Source: Octopus sinensis (Eukaryota). From it: DNA of 64,000 bases. Below are positions 27,587-40,934 of the stretch, piece by piece. Both the position numbers and the translations under genes were made by a program. The stretch covers positions 98,766,001 through 98,830,000 of the forward strand of contig NC_043001.1 of the NCBI RefSeq assembly GCF_006345805.1. The letters are read 5' to 3'. The notes under the pieces were generated by a model. The model was given only the letters and a program-made list of their open reading frames with translations, had not been told where the DNA came from and did not search any database. How positions within the stretch are numbered: the first letter of the stretch is position 1; the number at the start of each line of letters is the position of its first letter.

Positions 27587-28515
27587 CAGAAATTACCAAA
27601 AACATATAATGGACAGAAACATAACAAGTAACAGCAGAATATGTGGAGATGGACAAAAAACAAGTCCTGGCTAAGAAGGATTATATTCACAGACATGACA
27701 GAGTTGGGAACTACATATCCTGGAAGCTATGCCAACACTATGGAAAAACAACAGAAAAAGATGGTATAAGCACATGCCAGAAAAGGTCACAGAAAACATG
27801 AAAGCAACCATACTATGGGATATGCCAATACACACAGACAGAGAAATTAAGGCCAATAGGCCAGATATAGTTGTCAGAGATCATGAAGGAAAAAAGGGCT
27901 TTCTAATTGATGTATCAATACCAGCAGATGACGTTTCTCTAAAAGAAATGGAGAAACTTTCAAAATACAGAGACCTGGAAATAGAGGTAACTCGAATGTG
28001 GAATCTAAAAACAGAAACAATTCCTATCATAGTGGGCACATTAGGTAAGATAAAAAAAATATTCAGACAAATACGTAACAAAAACACCAGGACTTACAAA
28101 TATATATAACATACAGACAGGCGGCGAGCTGGCAGAGATGTTAGCACACCGGGTGAAGTGCTTCGCGGTATTTCGCCCGTCGCTACGTTCTGAGTTCAAA
28201 TTTCGCCGAGGTCAACTTTGCCTTTCATCCTTTCGAGGTCGATAAATTAAGTACCAATTACACACTGGGGTCGATGTAATCGACTTAATCCATTTGTCTG
28301 TACTTGTTTGTCTCCTCTATGTTTAGCCGCTTGTGGGTAATAAAGAAACATATATAACATACAGAAAATTGTACTACTGGGCACTGCACACATCCTACGC
28401 AAAACACCTTTAATACAGTAACCATAAGAGCATCATAGCAAACCACAGCACATACCCAAGGTACCCAGAGCTGCACTCTGTAGTGAAGTGAAAGCACATT
28501 ATAAAAATAAAACTA

Positions 28516-28520
<5 letters not shown>
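27587..28520 (+). mobile_element. R4/Dong-like non-LTR retrotransposon 3' fragment (restriction-like endonuclease) in a (TAA)n tract, interrupted by a SINE
   Basis: RHDRV..., WYKHMPEKVTEN, ILWDMPIHTD..IKANRPDIVV...LIDVSIP...K..KY.DL (PD-D/ExK RLE). Flanked on both sides by long (TAA)n runs. Confidence 0.8.
28118..28349 (+). mobile_element. Young tRNA-derived SINE with 16-bp target-site duplication
   Basis: TSD ATATATAACATACAGA at 28102-28117 and 28350-28365. A box (AGCTGGCAGAGATG), B box (GAGTTCAAATTTC), and a GCCTTTCATCCTTTCGAGGTCGATAAA core. CpGs largely retained. Confidence 0.9.
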
Positions 28521-28599
<79 letters not shown>

Positions 28600-29172
28600 T
28601 TGATGTAGTAATAAATGCCTTGATGCAGTACCAGGCAGTGGCTCTCATGGCTTCTGATCTTAACTGATTGGAAGTGTTATCATGTACATTGTTTTGTCTT
28701 GGTATAAAAGATGGGCTACAGCAAATATTCTGCTCAATACCACAGATTTGCTTGTCAGTTGTTTGACCTTAACCAGATGAGCATGTCCCTTAGTGGCTGA
28801 CGATATGTGCATCTCTGATCACGAGCAGAAGTAGTGGGGGAGCATCATAGCCATGTGTTGAGAGGAATTCTTTGGGGTTTGGATGATTCACCTGTGGAAA
28901 CACGGGTGGTTCTTTCAACATCCTTAAACAACCCTTATTCAGGGACCTTTTGAGCGGGATGGGCAACTCAACCTGAAGAAAATTCTAACTGGGCCCCACC
29001 TGCAAGGTCATGTGCTGTTTATCTTGATATGAGATCACCATGTCGCGCACATATGGTTGTGATGCATGTGCCTGGTGTACCTTTATCAGACGGGTAGTCA
29101 TGATGGGTATATTGGGCTTCGTATATTTTACCCCAGTGTCACTTTGATGGCATGCACTGCTCTCTCACTCAA
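28600..29172. mobile_element. Unclassified ~570-bp insertion bounded by (TAA)n runs
   Basis: Higher-GC block with sharp boundaries between TAA repeats and no ORF. Repeat status is inferred. Confidence 0.45.
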
Positions 29173-29189
29173 TAATAATAATAAGGTAT

Positions 29190-29740
29190 TATAAAATCAA
29201 AACTGCTGACAAATGGTATAAACACCATTCTGAAGCTGTGACTGAGGGAGAAAATGTGTCAATTCTATGGGACTTCCCCGTACATACTGACAAAACTATA
29301 AAAGCTAATAAACTGGATATTATTATGAAAGATCAAACAAAAAGGATGTGTTTATTAATTGACATGAGTATTCCTTGTGATCACAATATAGCGGCGAAAG
29401 AATTTGACAAGATCAGTAAATATAAAGACTTGCTAATAGAAATTGAAAAAAATGTGGCATCTCAAGGTGACTATAGTACCAGTGATTGTAGGATCTCTAG
29501 GAATGATAAAAAAAAAGGTACTGAAACCTATTTGAAAATGATACCTGGCTTACCATCCCTACAGGAAGTGCAAAAAATCGTGTTAACTGAAACTGCTCAT
29601 GTACTGAGAAGAGCATTATCACTGTGAAAACAACATCCATTCATGAATTTATTTGTTTATTAATTTTTTAAATACATATTTTACCTGTGAATTTGCGTGT
29701 GTAATCTGGAAATGCATACAACGAGCTTCTCTGCCCTAGG
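29190..29740 (+). mobile_element. Second R4/Dong-like RLE fragment
   Basis: KWYKH, ILWDFPVHTDKTIKANKLDII..KD...CLLIDMSIP...K..KYKDL, VQKIVL..TAHVLRRAL. Confidence 0.8.
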
Positions 29741-30031
29741 TGCTTATATGATGGTGATGCTCATTTACAGCTATCACATGATGTCAAGATAAATAGACAC
29801 AAATACATATAAGTGTACACATATACATGTAGATACATAAATACACAATGGGCTTCTTTCAGTTTCTGTTTTCCAGATCCACTCACAATACTTTGATTGG
29901 CTCAGGGCTAGAGAAGACACTTTTTCAAGGTGTCATGCAGTGGGAGTGAATCTGAAACTATGTGATTGGGAAGCAAACTTCTTAACTATACACCCTTGTC
30001 TGTGTGTGAGTGTGTATACATATATACAAGC

Positions 30032-30065
<34 letters not shown>

Positions 30066-30114
30066 GTGAATTGAAGAAATGGAGCTGAACGCAGATTGAA
30101 CAGAAATCGTTTTA

Positions 30115-30203
30115 TTTCATTCTACACGTGTTTCGAAAGGCACAAATTACCAAAATCCGATTGAATAATGGGACCATATTGTGTCTTTCTCTTCAGGAAG
30201 AAA
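30115..30203 (-). ncRNA. Mirror-copy hammerhead ribozyme in the left palindrome arm
   Basis: Exact reverse complement of 30381-30469. Confidence 0.78.
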
Positions 30204-30380
30204 AAAGGAAATCCGTTAGAGAAACAAAAACAGAACAGAGGCGGAGCAAAAACCAAATCGAACTATGCTCCTAAGAGCCCATGGCGAAACTGGGTTTCGC
30301 CATGGGCTCTTAGGAGCATAGTTCGATTTGGTTTTTGCTCCGCCTCTGTTCTGTTTTTGTTTCTCTAACGGATTTCCTTT

Positions 30381-30469
30381 TTTCTTCCTGAAGAGAAAGA
30401 CACAATATGGTCCCATTATTCAATCGGATTTTGGTAATTTGTGCCTTTCGAAACACGTGTAGAATGAAA
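30381..30469 (+). ncRNA. Minimal type I hammerhead ribozyme, intact core
   Basis: Stem I TTC/GAA, extendable by TTTC/GAAA with one bulge. CTGAAGA at 30388-30394. Stem II GAAAGACACAA...TTGTGCCTTTC closed by G-C. GAAA at 30450-30453. Short palindromic stem III ACACGTGT. GUA cleavage triplet at 30459-30461. Confidence 0.8.
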
Positions 30470-30702
30470 TAAAACGATTTCTGTTCAATCTGCGTTCAGC
30501 TCCATTTCTTCAATTCACCAATAATGTTTTAATTTCAATTATCCGCACCAACGCACGGTTGCAACGCCAGATGGTTGTACCTCCAACCGTGCTGTTTACT
30601 GCTGTGATTTTTGCTACTAAGGTATCGGTTAACTTTTGATTAATCTACAACAAGATTATTCATCTTTCTATTTCACATAATATATATATATATATATATA
30701 TA

Positions 30703-31990
30703 TCAGGCTGAGTAAAAAGTAAGAAACGTTTTCAAACATGAAATTCATTACAATATATTTCAACAAGACAGAAATTTTATTCATCAAAGTAAGTGCCATT
30801 ACAATCAACACATTTTTGCCAGCAAATTACAAGTTTGTTTATTTCCGTAACATAAAAATCTGGCATTCTGGAGCTAATGAACTCTTTGAATGCACTTTCA
30901 GCATTGGTTTGATTTTTGAACTCCTTCTCTCACTGGAAACCATCAAGGTGCTTGAAAAAGCAATAGTCGGTAGGAAAAAGGTCTGGGGAATAAGCTGGGT
31001 GGGTAAGAACTTCGTAGCTAAGTTCCCTCAACTTTTGGAACATCATGAGTGAAACATGTGGTCGAGCATTGTCATGAAGAACGACTGGCCCTCTTCTGTT
31101 GACCAGCCTGGAATGGAGGAGCAACAGTTTTTCATTCATTTTGGCAATTTCATGGAAATATGTTTCTGCCGTAATGGTTTTTCTGGGTTTTAAGAAGTTA
31201 TAGTGGATGAATCCAGCAGTACACCACAAAACAGTCACCATAACCTTCTTTTTGAAGAGCTTGAGTTTAGGGAAGGTTTTCAGTGCTTCATTTTGGTCCA
31301 ACCATTGTGAAGAACATCTTTTATTATTGTACAGAATCCACTTTTCATCGCAAGTTACAATATGGTCAAGAAATGGATCTGTTTGGTTATGGAGAAGAAG
31401 CAACGAGCAAATTTCATATCTGCGCATTTTCTAACTTTCATTCAAATTGTGTGATACCCATTTGTCAAGCTTTTTTGATTTTCCAATCACATGCAAATGG
31501 TTGCAGGCAGTTTTCTGGCTAACTTGAAGTTCTTTTGCCAGTTCTCAAGTGGTTGTTTATGTGGATCTTTCTCAATAACAGTCTTTTATTGACCATCATC
31601 AAATGACAGATGGGCGTCCACTATGCTCATGATCTTTAAGGCTCAGGTCTACACTGCAAAATCGTTTAAATCATTTTTGAGCTGACCACTCACTGGTCAT
31701 TTCCTCACCAAACATTTTGTTGATATTGCGAGCAGTTTCAGGTGCTTTACATCCTTTTCTGAAGTTGAATAGCAAAATTGCTCGAATATCACGCTTTAAT
31801 AGTTCCATTTCAGATGATTGTAACAATGGTGAAAATATATCAATATTAATTTATTGATGCATTTGGGCAAGTTTATGTCTGTATTATCAGACAATTGCAA
31901 AAAAATGTTTAAAAAGAATTCAAAACTCTGCAAAAATTCAGTACAAATTCTTCATGATTCAAAACATTGCTTACTTTTTACTCAACCTGA
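30703..31990 (-). mobile_element. Full-length decayed mariner (DD34D) transposon
   Basis: TIRs TCAGG(C/T)TGAGTAAAAAGTAAG at both ends, TA flanks, length 1288 bp. Transposase motifs IVTCDEKW, HDNARPH, HPAYSPDLFPTDY with stops. Confidence 0.93.
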
Positions 31991-32239
31991 TATATATATA
32001 TATATATATAAGTCCCATTCAGAGCAAAGTCTTATACTCTCAGCCTAAATACCTCAAAAATTCATATGAGCCCCAACCTCATAAGTTTGTATGCTCAAGG
32101 CAGACTTTTTTTGTCTACTTAGGTAATATTTGGTAATGCTTTGACAATTTGTGCAAAAGCTTACTCCATTTACTGATGAATTTTACAAAAAACATGTTGA
32201 AAACTGATTTTCATATTTGTTGATAAAAATAATTTTAGT

Positions 32240-33880
32240 TTTCATGAGTCAACAAGGGTGTGTCTTGACTTTTGTTTTTAATGATTTTGCACTGATGATG
32301 AGGTTGTTTCATATGGCCCTTACAAACCATTTTAAGACTGGGGAGACTGATGCTGTTTATGTTCCTTTTGAGCAGTTGCAAGTTGACAATTACAGGAAAA
32401 ATATAAACAGGAAGAGATTTCCAGGAGATTGGAATTCTGGATCAGAAAGACTAGACAAAAGGGCTTGTGTGAAGCCTAAGTGGTTGAACACAATGTGAAG
32501 GATGAAAAGAGAAGGGAAGGAAGAGAGTCAATAAGAGGTAGCTATACCTGAGAGACAGCTACAACTATTGTAGTAGTGTTAGAAGAGCAAATGAGAGAAG
32601 ATAGTATGTTTGTTGACCAGAGCATAGAATGTATTGATGAGAAATGTTATGCCATTGAGTCAAATGGTTTTTCTCTGATTGCTATCTGGGATGATTGTGT
32701 TTGTAAAATAGCAACACCATCCCAAATAAGGATGTTATTTCCATTATGGGCTTCACTTGTAGGGTTAGTAGTTATAATGAGTTGAAGTATTTTATGGCTC
32801 TGAAGAGAAAAGACAGTCTTGTGATTACCAAAAGACATTATCAGTGATGTTGAGGCCAAACGTTTCTAGTGACCTTGAGGGTTCTTGTAACATGGTGTAT
32901 CTGTTTAGGTTGAGGTGAGGGTATGATAATGCTTTCTTGATCTGTGCAATGATTGTGACTTTGTGCTGGTGAAAGAGACAAGATTGGCATGGAGTTTATG
33001 TAGTGTGTGTCATGGTATTGTAATACTGAGTTGCGTTTATGTAGTATGCTATTGTAGAGTGGTGTTTATATAGACTAAGTACTGTGTAGGTTTTATTAGA
33101 TGGCAACTGTATACACTATTAATTAAGCATGTTTCTAATGTTATAGTGTATTAGTAAAATAAGAGTATGTGCTTTATTTTATTGGGTGATGAGTGTATAA
33201 AATGAAAGCACATAGCCTAATTTTTAGGGTGCTCTGCTTTTGATCATAATGTCCTTGGCTTAATTCTTGGACAGAGCAGCATATTGAGTTCTTCATCAGG
33301 GTACTTCATTTCATGTTACTCCCATCTACTCAGCTGAAAATGAGTACCAGGTGAATGTTGTTGTGGTCCTCTCTTTCACTTTAGCTGTTACACTCTGGAT
33401 GTTCCAATGAGTCAAAGGCTTAGAGAGTCAAGGGAGTGTCTATGTCTGTCCTCAATTTCATTGGTATATAAAACAATTAGTGAACATATGATTCGTGTTA
33501 CCTACCCATACTCATTCATCGATGAGGGTTGGTTTATTTAAGATAGCCTGTGTGATTGATGCTTTTAATATTTTTGTTTACAGATTTGGTATGAATTGTT
33601 TTGGTTGCATGTAGATGATGATTGGGCATAGAAGGTTGGGGAGGAATGAAAGTGGCATCATCTACATAAGTGTGGCTATTGTTGGTGATAAGAAGAAAGT
33701 TTTGATGTACAGGTAATAGAGTGTAGGGTGTAAAACCCAATATTGGGACATATTGAAGCTGATAGAGCTTGAGACAGACAGAGCTCCATTATTGCTAAAT
33801 TCAATAGTGTAATCTGATATGAAGACTCTGATCCAAGAAACAAAAGCTAAATGGAGTCCATAGACAGATAGCTTACCTAG
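32240..33880 (-). mobile_element. Heavily decayed LINE RT fragments (CR1/Jockey-like)
   Basis: Remnants resembling VPQ..VL.PTL and HTYVDDAT near 33650-33750 and PISLT near 32690-32720. Many stops. Confidence 0.45.
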
Positions 33881-34247
33881 AAATAACAGTTAAGTGTCCT
33901 TCATGTCTCATCTTATCATTATAAAAACAGTACACTTTGGATAATGTTATTCTAGATGCCTTATATCTAACATACGATAAATGTAAAAGATATAGTATGA
34001 TATATATATACTAATACATTACAGACATAATAAGATATACTAGATATAATATAGGCACAGGTGTGGCTGTGTGGTAAGAAGTTTGCTTCTCAACCACATG
34101 GTCTCAGATTCAGTCTCACTGCATGACACCTTGGGCAAGTGTCTTCTAATATAGCCACAGGCCAACAAAAGCCATGGAAGTGGATTTGGTAGACAGAACC
34201 TGAAAGAAGCCATCATATATATGGATATGTGTGTGCATGTGTGTATA

Positions 34248-34452
34248 TGATGGAGTGCTGAAAAGTTCCTGACTCTGGGTAAAAGAAAATACAGGAGGAT
34301 CAGTTAATTATGATTTGATTCAACATATTTCCCCCTCACATTCACACAATTATTGCATCAGTCCTTCAGTTTTCCTAAGCCTTGTAAAAGCCATTGCCAC
34401 CAAGGCCTTTCGCAATACCCTTAAAGCCAGGAACTTTTCAGCAACCCCATCA
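34248..34452. mobile_element. Mariner-derived MITE nested in a SINE
   Basis: Inverted termini TGATGGAGTGCTGAAAAGTTCCTG / CAGGAACTTTTCAGCAACCCCATCA around ~150 bp of non-coding sequence. Confidence 0.7.
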
Positions 34453-35706
34453 TCTATGTGTGCATGTGTATTATTGTCTCCTTGCCTTGACCTCATATAA
34501 TACTTGTAAATGAATGTCACTGACACACAAGTGGTGTCCTTTATTTCTAATTTTCTGCAAAAAAATTCCAGATCATAGGGAATATTACCTTACTTAGAAG
34601 CAGATGAGTGTCGGCAACAGGGAAAGCATGCCTCAACAAATGCCATCCAATCTATGCAATCTACCTCAACAAATACCATCCAATCCATGCAAACATGAAA
34701 AATTGGACATTAAATGATGATGATGACGATAGGATATAATAGATGTAATAATACATTGTAGATATAATAATTCAATAGGGTAGGAAATTCATGACAGAAA
34801 TGTCATTGGATCAGAAGTCAGCTAGTTCAGAAGCTATACAACAGCATATTAGTCATTAAATAATATTATTTTCTCTTAATATATTACAGATATAATAATT
34901 TAATAGGATTGGGAAGTCATGGCAGGAATGCCACTGGATCATAACTCAGCTTGTTCAGGAGCTAAACAACAGTATATTAGTCATCAACCAATACTATTTT
35001 CTCTTTGTCTCATACCTGAGTATACTTTAACTGTTAATTTTAGTAATTAAATATGCATTGTCACATGTCTAATTATAGTGCACAGGTTGTCCTACACAAA
35101 TTCAATTAGTCAGCATTTCTCTTGCCTTGTAAATATGCAATTTAATTTGAACATTTTGATTGTTTAATGAGTACACATTCACCTGATCTTTAACCTTATC
35201 TCTAAACATAAATCTATAAAACAAAACTGTAACAATGGCTGGATATATGTATAGATGTGTGTGAAAGAGAGAGAAAGAACTAGAGAGAAAGGGGGAGAGA
35301 GAGAAAGAGCTAGGGAGAAAGGGGGAGAGAGAGAAATAGAGAGAAAGGAGGGAAAGAGAGAAAGTGTGTGTGTTTGTGCATGTGTCCTAGTGTATTTATG
35401 TATGTATATTTAAATACATGTATAATTGTATGTGAATATTTCTTGTAAAAAATGTAATCTGAAGACATTTTGAAGTGTCTGTTGTTCATAATAGTGTTAA
35501 TGTTTTGCAGCTTCAGCCATACACCAATCTCTTTAAACAGTTTTCTTCTTCTTCATGTGTTATACGTACAAAGAATGGTAATCATAAATATTCACCCCCT
35601 CCTTCCTGTCCAACAGACAACTCGGCATGCTATTATGAAAAGGATTATATATATTATATATATATATATATATAATATATATATATGCATACATGTACAT
35701 ACATAC

Positions 35707-35780
<74 letters not shown>

Positions 35781-35918
35781 TATTAGAGACAAAACCACTA
35801 TTTTGCAAAACAAACAAGGAAAGACTTAATTTTATAATATTTTACTATAAAATTGGATTTAATCCTAAATCTGATTTTTTTCCCTGTAAATTTGGATTTA
35901 TTCCCTAATATTTATTAT

Positions 35919-35968
<50 letters not shown>

Positions 35969-36832
35969 GTTATTATTGTTATTATTGCATACATATACAC
36001 ACACACAAACATGCATGCACACATACACACATGCATGCGTGCTCACGCGCACACACACACACACACACATACATACATACATACATACATACATGGTGAT
36101 TGCTCCATCTTCACAGACGATTGCTGTCCCTTTGTGCTTCCGTGTCATTGACATTTTTGACTTTCTGTCCATGACCTCTCAGAGGACTATTCACATGTTG
36201 CATCACATCCATCGCTATAGGACACTCAGTAGATGAAATAACAAATGAAGCCACCATAAAGAGACATCTGTACTTCATTACATTATAATAATAAACTTTC
36301 ACATGACATGAGGACCACTCCCTGAATCTCCACAGTGACCAATAATTTACGTGAAACTGCATGTTTTGCATCAGAGTGTCCCTCTTCTAGAAGGCTGCTA
36401 TGACAACAGCCAGTAGGCCCTCAGTCTTGGTGGGCTGGCTAATTAACCAATTGTCGGGACCCATGTAGGTACTACTACTTCTGGTCAGAATAGACTCAGG
36501 AACAATAATGAAAAAGAAGTGGTTCCACACTTCTCAAAAACCAGGAGCTGAACTAGTGCTCCATTATCATATGTATTCTTTTACTCTTTTATTTGTTTCA
36601 GTCATGAGACTGTGACCATGCTGATGCACCATCCTGAAGGGTTTTAGTCAAAAGAATTGACCCCAGTACTTTTATTGTTTTTTAAAGTCTGGTATTTATT
36701 TTGTTGGTCTTTATTGTTGAACCACTAAGTTACAGGGGCATAAACACACCAACACCGGTTGTCAAGAGATGGTGGGGGACAAACAGAGACACAAATGCAC
36801 ACACATATGCACATATATATATATATATATAT

Positions 36833-37702
36833 ACAGAGTGCAGTGAATAAACTGTCTAAATAATGCAAAAATGAAAATAACACTGGCATCTCATTTTAAC
36901 AAATCTATTTACCAAAATTACATAAAAATATCTTGAAATACTAAAGAGTAAATTTATTCAATAAAATTGCCATCAGCTTCAACCACAGCCTCCAGATGAC
37001 TTTGGAATCTCCTGCAGCTCTTCTGGACAGTTTCCTTGTTTAAGTTGGTGAATGCTGCCATAATCCTTGCCTTCAGCTCATCTTTGGTGTTACAAGGAGT
37101 TTTGTTGGTCTCTCTCTCAACTGCACCCCACACATAATAATCAAGGGGTTGCAGTCTGGGGAGTTAGGTGGCTAGATGTTAGGGGTGGCATAGTTGTAGA
37201 AATTGTCTGACAGCCACAACCGGGTTCTCTTGCTTGTGTAGCATGGTGCAGAATCCTGTTGCCAGACATAGGGTCTTCCAGCAGCTATTCTCTTGACCCA
37301 GGGCAGCACTACCTCCTCCAGGAACTTGATGCAGGCCTCTGTGTTGAGTCTGAGGATGTGTGTGAAGATGAATGAAGGCATAACATCACCATCATTAGCA
37401 ATCACACCAAACACTATGATGTTGACTAGATGCTTGATTTTTATCACTCTCAGTACATGTCCTCAGACTGACACCCAAACACTCTGAAATGTTCATATTG
37501 GAGCTTCTGGTGCAAATGCTAAGCAGTACAGCATATCATTTCCAAATTTCTGGCAGAATGAATTCCATCATTGTGCTGTTTTTCTCACAGACAGTGCCCA
37601 ACTAACCCTACTATACTGTGTAGTTGACAAAATCAAAAACAAACAATACACATGCATGCAATTGAAAATATAAAACGTCGACAATTTACCCATTGCACCC
37701 TA
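36833..37702 (-). mobile_element. Internally deleted maT (DD37D) transposon
   Basis: Imperfect TIRs AGAGTGCAGTGAATAAACTGTC / GACAATTTACCCATTGCACCCT. The sequence WQQDSAP...NI*PPNSPDCNPLDYYVW places exactly 37 residues between the last two Asp. Confidence 0.85.
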
Positions 37703-38827
37703 CAGATAAACACACCAACACTGGTTGTCAAGCAATAGTGGGGAATAAACACAAACACACACATATGACAATCTTCTTTCAGTTTCTGTCTACCAAATCA
37801 GCTCACAAGGTCTTGGTTGGTCTGAGGCTATTGTAGAAGACACTTGCCTGAAGTGCTATGCTGTGGGACTGAACCCAACACCATGTGGTTAAGAAACCAG
37901 CTTCTTACCACACAGCCACTTCATCATAGATAAAGGTACAAGGAAAAGAAAAAAGAGAAAATTATATTTAGATTTGAATGGATCCAACCTGGAGCTAAAC
38001 AATAATAACAAGTACAACAATTGTTTCTGATTTGGGTACAAAGCCCATAATTTTGTTGGAAGGCCTTAGTCAATTTACATTAATTCCATACTAAGTTATT
38101 ACTTTATTTTATCGACCCTGAAAGGATGAACGGGAAAGCTGAACCTCAGTGGGATTTGAACTCAGAACATAAAAAAGTAGAACAAATCCCATAAAGTATT
38201 TTCTTCAACACTCTAATGTTTCTCTCAAGCCACAACTCTAAGCAATAATCCTTTCCACTATGGGTACAAGACCTAAAATTTTAGGGGACGCAGGGGGTGG
38301 GAGTGGGTCTAGTTAATTGCATCAACCTCAGTGCTCAACTAGTGCTTAATTTTATCAACTCTGAAAGGGTGAAATGCAAATTCTACCTCAGCTGAATTTG
38401 AACTCCGATTGTAAAAGTGAACGAAATACCACTAGACATTTTGCTCATCATGTTAATGATTCTTCCAGCTCACCACCTTACCACTCTTAGCAATAATAAT
38501 AGTAACAACCACTATACCAAACTATTTTCATGAAGAACACCAATATTTGAAAAGCCTACTTGTATACATGTGGTTACAATAGGGTAGTCAAAGCAATGGC
38601 TTGAGTGGCTATAAACAGTAGAGTGTGTCTCAAACAATAAATGTAAGAAGACATAGGCAAATCACCCAGCTAATGTTTAGTAGCAAACCTAGACAAAGTA
38701 TTTTCACAAACTTTGTCAACTTCATTCCTTGAATCATTGAATATAAAAGAGAAAAGAGAGAGAGAGAGAGCATATGCCAGCATAGAAAGTGGAGCTTAAA
38801 TGATGACAATGATGAGAACAACATCAT

Positions 38828-39010
38828 AGTTGCTGCTGCTGCTGCTGCTGAAGAAGAAGAAGAAGAAGAAGAAGAAGAGAAGAAGAAGAAGAAGAAGAAG
38901 AAGAAGAAGAAGAAGAAGAAGAAGAAGAAGAAGAGAAGAAGAAGAAGAAGAAGAAGAGCAGCAGCAGCAGAAGCAGCAACAGAAGCAGCAGCAGCAGCAG
39001 CAGCAGCAAC

Positions 39011-39056
<46 letters not shown>

Positions 39057-39078
39057 CTGCCACCGCCACCACCACCTC
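38828..39078. repeat. Compound trinucleotide microsatellite (TGC)n(GAA)n(GCA)n(CAA)n(CCA)n
   Basis: Directly visible. Confidence 0.95.
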
Positions 39079-40145
39079 TACTCAGCAAGTGATCCTCATC
39101 CTTTTCAGAAATAGCATCCAGATCTCTCTAAAATTCAAACTTTTCATCATAAGAAAAAGAAAAACATATTGAAGAATGTAATTCTAGCTTCAGAACATTT
39201 AAGAGGGCTGCAGGACCTATGAGAGTTGGGTGCAAGACTTCGAAGAAGAATGTACAAGACCTTCTGAAAGTAGTTGTAAGATATACATTATACTCAGGAC
39301 TATGAATTAGGATTTTAGAAAATGATTGTACATATTGAAATGGAGAATAGCTTTCACATTTTGAAAAAAAAAAAAGGCTCATGTAAAAAACTTTGTAACC
39401 CCAGATAAAACTTTCTTTTTTAATCATTGCATGTGTCCACTGCATCTGGTGTAAAAAAAAAAAAAACATATAAAGGACAAACAGATCAAGGCTATAACAT
39501 CTTTGATCATAAGTCTGTTCAATCAACTACTGACATGGTGCAACAACAAAAATAAAAATGACAGCTGCACACATTAAAGCAGAGAAGAAGAACCTCTTTT
39601 GTTTGCAATTTTTGTAAGTTAACAATGTAGTAGCCAGCAGATTTTCAGTACCAGAAATATTCCATCAACCACAAATGTTTATCATGTCACTACTTCTCTC
39701 CACTACTTTCTACTACACATCTCATTTACTTAACTACTCATATTTTATTTGTTTTGCTTAACTATGAATAAGTCTCCTGTTATTCTTCTTTTCTATATGC
39801 CACTGTCATACTTTCTTTCTTATAGTTATTTGCAAATTGTTCCGTCCTTGGATGTCGCATCTACTTAATGTCTGTTGAGGATGACATACTTTCTGAACAA
39901 TTATACATCATTCCTGGTTGTAAAAACGTCACACACAGACATATACACATGTATATGTGTATATATGTGTGTGTGTGTCTGTGTGTGTGTGTGTCTGTGT
40001 CTGTGTATGTATGTGTATGTATATATATATTGCATGTATGTGTACATACGTGTATATGTCTCTATATGTTTATGTGTGTATATATATGTATGCATGCATA
40101 TATATGTGTGTGTGCACACGTACGCACACACACACACACACACAT

Positions 40146-40186
<41 letters not shown>

Positions 40187-40244
40187 ACACATATGTATAT
40201 CTTATTGAGAATATTCACTCTTGAGGCTCATCACATAAAGCTAT

Positions 40245-40856
40245 AAATAAAAGTGTGTTGGAAATCCCCTTTGGATAGGAAAAGTTGAGGGCTGCCTATG
40301 GAACTCAAGCCCACATCTATCAATATGATGGGCATTCTACCATGAGACCAATGCAATTCTTTGAATTTCTCAATCTATTTTAGAAACTTTATTCTTACCA
40401 GCCAACATTGTATGTTGTTGATATCTTAAGTGTCCCATGGGCAGCTTTCAAAATTTCTATACAAAAGGGTTTTTCAACCCAGTATTTACATGTTATTACT
40501 TATAGTATTATGTAATGTGCCTCGAGGGCCAATACTCCAAAAAAGAATTATTTCATGTTCTTCCAAAAGTTTATAAATTCTTATGACATCAATACAATTT
40601 TTGTAAACAAGAAAAAAGTTCCTAAAATGAAATAGAAAAATTTGAAAGATTGCTTTGGTCCAATGGTAGAGCACCTCTCATGTCTACAGGGGATGTGGGT
40701 TGGAATTCCAAGGGCAGCCTTTGACTTTTTCTATCCAAAAGGAGTTTTGCAACCCAATATTTATGTGCTATTATTTTATAATTTTATGTGAGAGCCAATA
40801 CTCCTGCCCAAAGAAAAAGAACTATTTCATATTCACTTAAAAGTTTATAAATTCAT
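40245..40856. mobile_element. Old tRNA-headed element with inverted plus partial direct repeat architecture
   Basis: tRNA-like head at 40652-40718 (+) (TGGTCCAATGGTAGAGC...GGTTGGAATTCC). Diverged inverted copy at ~40250-40392. Partial direct repeat ~40433-40582 vs ~40708-40854. Confidence 0.6.
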
Positions 40857-40934
40857 AGGACAGCAGTACCCCAGCATGGCTGCAGCCTCAAGTCTGAAAT
40901 CATCATAAAAAAATTATACATATATATATATATA

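Larger units (their letters stand above)
30065..30519. repeat. Perfect palindrome, 226-bp arms, 3-nt loop (TGG)
   Basis: 30065-30290 is the reverse complement of 30294-30519. The near-identical 66-aa ORFs called on both strands agree. Confidence 0.97.

Noticed and set aside
30168-30416. Twin 66-aa ORFs on opposite strands
   Set aside because: A by-product of the palindrome; no recognisable protein.
38630-39114. Homopolymeric amino-acid ORFs
   Set aside because: Compound trinucleotide microsatellite with no coding context.
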